Shown here: piece after piece, positions 63,869 through 64,000 of the stretch
How the letters are laid out: each line of letters opens with the position of its first letter
Position numbering within the stretch: the stretch's first letter is position 1
Assembly: GCA_028534125.1 (NCBI GenBank)
Contig: CM052816.1
Span: 37,884,001-37,948,000 of the forward strand
Direction: 5' to 3'
Length of the DNA stretch: 64,000 bases
Source of the DNA: Lama glama
Lineage: Eukaryota
The notes under the pieces: model-generated
Told to the model about the DNA's origin: nothing
What the model saw: the letters and a program-made list of their open reading frames with translations, nothing else
The model's database searches: none
Program-made: the position numbers and the translations under genes

Positions 63869-64000
63869 ATCTTCAACCACAAAGGGACATGGAAAGGAGA
63901 GGGTATAACAGCTTTTCATAAGGAATGGGTCACAAAATCAGAACATTGGAAATATTTAATAGAGTCAGAACGAATTTTTTTCCCTGTAAATTAAGAATTG

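Overview
AT-rich mammalian genomic DNA, not prokaryotic. A tRNA-derived SINE at 41654-41807 resembles the camelid Vic-1 family, so the source is probably a camelid (camel, alpaca, llama or vicuna); this rests on remembered consensus sequences, not a search. I found no intact protein-coding gene, RNA gene or CRISPR array, and almost all listed ORFs are chance or antisense frames in decayed repeats. Summing the elements I could delimit gives roughly 60% transposable-element sequence. This includes several L1s (a full-length decayed copy at about 36.2-43.0 kb), an ERVL-class pol remnant with an LTR16-like LTR, MaLR, ERV1 and MER21-like LTRs, Tigger2, MER5 and MER94 DNA transposons, and MIR/L2 relics. 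The repeat-free gaps look like intronic or intergenic DNA with candidate enhancer motif clusters and a few possible non-coding exons on the minus strand. The two most notable structures are an apparent L1 3' transduction at 57471-58369 and an ORF2-less, TSD-flanked L1 derivative at about 52007-53881. I see no evidence of a new coding system. Subfamily names were assigned by eye and need RepeatMasker/Dfam confirmation.
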